From: Neodothiora populina
Lineage: Eukaryota
Direction of reading: 5' to 3'
Length of the DNA stretch: 64,000 nt
Assembly (NCBI RefSeq): GCF_041146345.1
Contig: NW_027191413.1
Location: 2,232,001-2,296,000 of the forward strand
Each line of letters starts with the position of its first letter. Within the stretch, counting starts at the first letter, position 1. The translations under genes and the position numbers were made by a program. The notes under the pieces were generated by a model. That model did no database searches, was not told the origin of the DNA, and was given only the letters and a program-made list of their open reading frames with translations. Shown in pieces: positions 59,510-64,000 of this stretch.

Positions 59510-62367
59510 ATGGCTACTCCCGAGGAGTCGTCACGCATATTCGTGCGAGGCTTACCGCCGACCATAAACGACGAAGAGTTCAAGAAGCATTTTGGCAAAT
59601 ACGCCATCACTGACACACGACTCTTTCCTCAGAGGAGAATCGGCTATGTGGGCTACAACACACCCGACGATGCTGCAAAAGCGGTCAAGTATTTCAATAA
59701 GACTTTCATCCGCATGTCGAAAATCGCCGTAGAGCTTGCCCGACCTGTAAGTCTAAAGCACGCCTGCCATCTCAGGTGTACTCTGGCTGATCCTTTTGTT
59801 CTGTCCAGATTGGTGAGGCTCCGACGAGAAAGCAATACCAGCCTTGGGCTCCAAGTGGCAACACCTTCGTTCCGACCAACGCCAATGCTGCACCTGTCTC
59901 TGCCGATTCTGCAAACGCATTGAAAAGGAAGCGGGGGTCTCCTGAACCAATTACGAAAGATCCTAAGCTGCAAGAGTTTCTTCAGGCCATGAAGCCGCCT
60001 TCGAAGCTCAGAGGTCATGCCGGCGCTGATCCCGAGGTCATCGACGCGGTGAACAAGTTCGAAGAACCCAAGGTCGATCTACCCGAAGGCGAAAGCGATT
60101 CCGAATACGAGAACGTTCCCAAGAAGACCAAGACCACTGCGGCTCAAGCACCTGTACAATCTCAGCCGGCCGCTGATCCTTCACCAAATGCAATGCTTGT
60201 CGACGGCCCAGATGCATCAGCCTCTCAAGTTGCCCGAGAGGTTGATGATGAACAAGATCCGGACGACGAAGGCGGTGTTGCCGTCGCTGCTCCTCTCACC
60301 GACGATGATTGGCTACGCTCTCGTACCAGCAGGCTCCTTGGTATCGTCGACGACGACGAAGAGGAAGCTGCCGCCGCCCCGGCTCCGACAACTTCATCAC
60401 ATCCTGCGCCAGAAGACCAAGCGGAGCAAGACTTCGAAGGTTTTGGGGAAGTCGATGCAGCACAAACTACCTCTCAACCCACGCCCGCTCAGCAACAAGA
60501 GGAAGAACATGATAACCCACCTGTTGACGAAGTCGAAGAAAAGATCCGGAAAAGTCAACGACTGTACCTTCGAAACCTCTCATACAACGTGACCGAGGAG
60601 GACCTGCGAGGTTCTTTCGAGAACTTCGGCAACCTTGACGAGGTAAGACATTTACTTTTGATTTGTATGTGCACAAACATTCTCCTTGTTTCAAAGGATG
60701 AACATCTGATAGGGACATCAGATGCTTTTTAAGCAAATGGTGTGATTAGGATAGAGTATTTTAGTAGATGCCTCTCTTGTCTGAAAAACGAAACAACCAG
60801 CATTGTCTCATACAAATTATTGCATCAAGGGCGAGCAATTGCTAATCATCATTCTCAGGTACACGTCGCTATGGACTCGAAAACAGGCACTGCAAAAGGT
60901 TTCGCGTATCTGCAGTTCACCGATGCGGAAAGTGCGCTGGCCGCCCTTCGCAACATGGACGGCAAGGTCTTTCAGGGTCGTCTGCTGCATATCCTTCCTG
61001 CCCAAGCCAAGCGCGAGACGCAGCTCGACGAGTTCACCTTGTCGAAGCTTCCTCTGAAGAAGCAGCAAGAGATCAAGCGGAAGAGAGCCGCAGCCACGTC
61101 TACCTTCAATTGGAATGCGCTTTACATGAACGCCGATGCTGTCATGTCGTCTGTTGCGGACCGACTCGGCGTCTCGAAATCTGAACTCCTCGATCCTACA
61201 TCTTCAGACGCCGCTGTCAAGCAGGCGCATGCCGAAACTCACGTCATTCAGGAGACGAAGAAGTACTTCAAGGATCATGGCGTCGATATGGATGCCTTCA
61301 AGAGACAATCACGTGGTGATACCGTTATACTCGTCAAGAACTTCCCTTATGATGCCAAAGCTTCCGAATTGAAAGAGCTTTTCGAGGAGCACGGCAAGAT
61401 TAAGAGATTCCTGATGCCTCCTGCCGGCACGATAGCAATCATCGAGTTCGACCAGGCACCGCAAGCTCGCGCGGCATTCGCTTCATTGGCATATCGGAAG
61501 ATCAGAAGCTCTGTATTGTTCCTCGAGAAGGGTCCGAAGAACCTTTTCACGGAACGTGCCCCCGACTCCATCGATAGCACTGGCGCTGCGCAGTCGGGCG
61601 GCATTGACGCCAAGGTCTCTACTGGAGAGCTACTGGACAAGGATGGCGCTGATCAGTCAACCCCTGGCACCACAGCTACCCTGTTCGTACGCAATCTCAA
61701 CTTCTCGACCACGTCGGACCGTCTCACCGAGGTTTTCAAACCTCTGACCGGCTTCCTTACTGCTAGAGTCAAGACCAGGACTGATGCCAAGAAACCTGGA
61801 CAAGTCCTCAGTATGGGTTTCGGGTTCTTGGAGTTCAGATCGCATCAAGAAGCGCAGGCTGCTCTGCAGGCCATGGACGGGTACAGCCTCGATGGACACA
61901 AATTACAAATTCGTGCTTCGCACAAAGCAACCGATGCTGCAGAGGAGCGCCGTAATGCAGACAAGGCCAAGAAGCTTGCTGCGAAAGGAACGAAGATCAT
62001 CGTCAAGAACTTGCCATTCGAAGCCACCAAGAAGGATATCAGGGCCTTGTTCGGTGCATATGGACAGCTCCGATCCGTTCGCGTTCCCAAGAAATTCGAC
62101 AAAGGAGCTCGTGGTTTTGCTTTCGCCGACTTCACAACACCAAAGGAAGCAGAGAACGCCATGGACGCTCTCCGCGATACTCATTTGCTTGGACGTAGGT
62201 TGGTACTCGACTTTGCCGCCGAAGAATCCGAAGACGCCGAGGCCGAGATCGAGAAGATGCAACAGAAAGCCGGCTCACAACTCAACAAGGTTGCTTTGCA
62301 GAAGCTCACCGGCGCAGGTCGCAAAAAATTCAGAGTTGGTGATGATCAAGATATGGCAGAGGACTGA
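59510..62367 (+). CDS. MRD1: Multiple RNA-binding domain protein Mrd1 (five RRMs; 18S rRNA processing), 3 exons
   Basis: SRIFVRGLP, RLYLRNLSY, KGFAYLQF, FNWNALYMNADAV, ILVKNFP, TLFVRNLNF, SMGFGFLEF, IIVKNLPFEA and THLLGRRLVLDFA. Introns at ~59747..59808 and 60644..60858. Confidence 0.96.
60686..60796 (+). ncRNA. Intronic box C/D snoRNA, snR64/SNORD74-like (guide for 25S rRNA Cm2337, yeast numbering)
   Basis: Lies in MRD1 intron 2. Terminal stem TTGTTTC (60686..60692)/GAAACAA (60790..60796), box C-like AGGATGA at 60695, guide GATAGGGACA at 60708..60717 complementary to conserved 25S UGUCCCUAUC, D' CAGA at 60719 and box D CTGA at 60781. Confidence 0.8.
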
Positions 62368-63111
62368 GCAACCCCCACCCGAACTTGGCTTCCGGGTGGT
62401 GTGTCGACCCTCACCCCTTGCGTTCCCACTAGGCTCTGCAATCCAAATTCCTCCCTTGGCTTTGCTTACCATACGCAGGTCAATTTTACTTTCAATCGGC
62501 AACGGCAATATATGATTGTGCCACGCTCAAGGTTGGTCATTTCGTCATGTTGTGTGTCACCAATCACCTGTCACGCTGATCGTATTATTCTGCATTCCTT
62601 CTTCGTCGTTCGAGATTAGCACTTCCCCAAAGGCATCCCTATATTTGGGACGTAGGGTGCAAGTGATTGGAACCACCCCGGTGGCCAAAGTCGTCATGTA
62701 AGAGACCCTTGCTGCCCATAAGATTACTGTCGCTCAAGAGCAATTCTATGCGATCGCTGCACAACCACCTCTCGGCTACAGAGGAAGGTTCAACCGTTAG
62801 TTCTCTCACTACTCCTGCCTGACAGCGCCTCTGAGATTGGCCTATCCATCTCATGTATGTCAACTACAGGCGCACTGATCTGGCTCCCTTGGAGACTGGC
62901 CAACGATGTATAAACAAAGCCATAGGCCATGACATTACAGTTATCTAGACCTGTCTTTACTAGGACCATTCTTTCCTTCAAATATTCTTATAATCCAACT
63001 TTCTACGTTCCTTACGATTGCAAACCGGCTTCACAACATTTCTCTCATTGTGAAGCGATCTCTCTTATCATCATAACATTCTTCACTTGAGATCATTCCA
63101 GAAGTGGGACC

Positions 63112-64000
63112 ATGGGCCACGTCATCCGCACTCCAATCGTGCCATCAAACGCTCCGCCTCTGAAAGGTGCCGACAAGCAAATGCCGATGTTGGAAGATGG
63201 ATGGAATGACAAGCACTTCGGCTTTCCTCCAACACGCACTTGCAACCTTGTTCAAGATACGGAGGAGCTCAGTGACATTGAAGAAAGCGGTTTCCATAAT
63301 GCCGTTCCTACCAACCGACAACTTGTCCGACAATATCAGGCTCAGGGTCGACAGTATGAACGCTATGATCCGCGGAACGAGAGAGAACAGGATGCCATTG
63401 CGAAGAAGCTGGCGGCCCTCTTTGCTCAATGTGAAGGCTATCGCAATTACCGCAAACGTCAGCCGAAGGAGGGAAAGGGGAAGGAGGAACAGAAATGGCC
63501 AGATCATCTCGAGGAGGCCTTCTTGAGAGGTTTGTAATCTATGTCGAAGGTTGAGAGCTCCTCAACTGATTGTTTATCTCACAGCGCTTGTCCGTTGGCC
63601 ACCCGTCGGCCGCAAGAAACATTCTCCTCGCCCTGGTATGAAGGCAATGGGTCGCAATGAACTCATTTCTGACTACATACTGCAACTCACAGGCGAACTG
63701 AGGCATAGAAAACAGATATCTAGCCATATTCAGACGCTGAAAGAGTTCGTCCGTATCGAACCCGATAGTGAGACCTACCTTAGTCACCAGTATACTTTGT
63801 TAGACTGACAATATTGCTAGTCATGTGTTACTTGTCGAGTGCAGCATACAAGAAACATCCAAGTCGAGACAACGCAGCATTAGCCCGACGGCAGGCCTCA
63901 ACGTACCCTGTCACGTCACACCAGCTTTTCTCCCCTAACAGATTCCGATCAAGCAGACAAGCACACTCAGCTCTGCATGAACATCTGCATCTTATCCTTG
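63112..64000 (+). CDS. TEA/ATTS-domain transcription factor (AbaA/Tec1 family), 3'-truncated by the window end
   Basis: KWPDHLEEAFLR|ALVRWPPVGRKK..GRNELISDYILQLTGELRHRKQISSHIQTLK across an intron at ~63530..63584. A further intron lies at ~63768..63820. Confidence 0.88.

Noticed and set aside
1..64000. tRNA, rRNA, spliceosomal snRNA, transposase or secondary-metabolite cluster
   Set aside because: No cloverleaf, snRNA signature, TIR/LTR with coding remnant or PKS/NRPS motif was recognised by eye. tRNAscan-SE and Infernal would be needed to exclude them formally.

Overview
Gene-dense eukaryotic DNA from a filamentous ascomycete (Pezizomycotina; short GT-AG introns with CTRAC branch points). 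About 22 protein-coding genes are supportable. In order: a 5'-truncated RAI1/DXO-like protein, RMD5/GID2, an STB6-family protein, a group III hybrid histidine kinase (NIK1/OS-1), an RTA1-family protein, an Spd1-like RNR inhibitor, RTC3 (SBDS-like), a RhoGEF, Ran (GSP1), a Uls1/Rrp2-like SNF2-RING ATPase, a CCC1/VIT1 transporter, NIT3 omega-amidase, an MFS transporter with a very long N-terminus, an orphan Ser-rich membrane protein, a ketopantoate reductase-family enzyme, an F-box protein, a Maf pyrophosphatase, PPP4R2/PSY4, dynein light chain, MRD1 and a 3'-truncated TEA/ATTS transcription factor. Non-coding highlights: an intronic box C/D snoRNA (snR64/SNORD74-like, 25S Cm2337 guide) in MRD1; two GC-AG introns; a CBC:HapX motif plus an SreA-type motif upstream of CCC1; a ~110-bp tandem repeat whose units each carry a conserved 22-bp palindrome; and a dispersed intergenic AGGTA/TACCT motif family including a 13-bp minisatellite. 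No tRNA, rRNA, CRISPR array or transposase was recognised. I see no clear multi-gene novel system; the hairpin repeat array and the divergent RAI1/DXO-like gene are the best leads. All family calls are by recalled motifs, not database searches.
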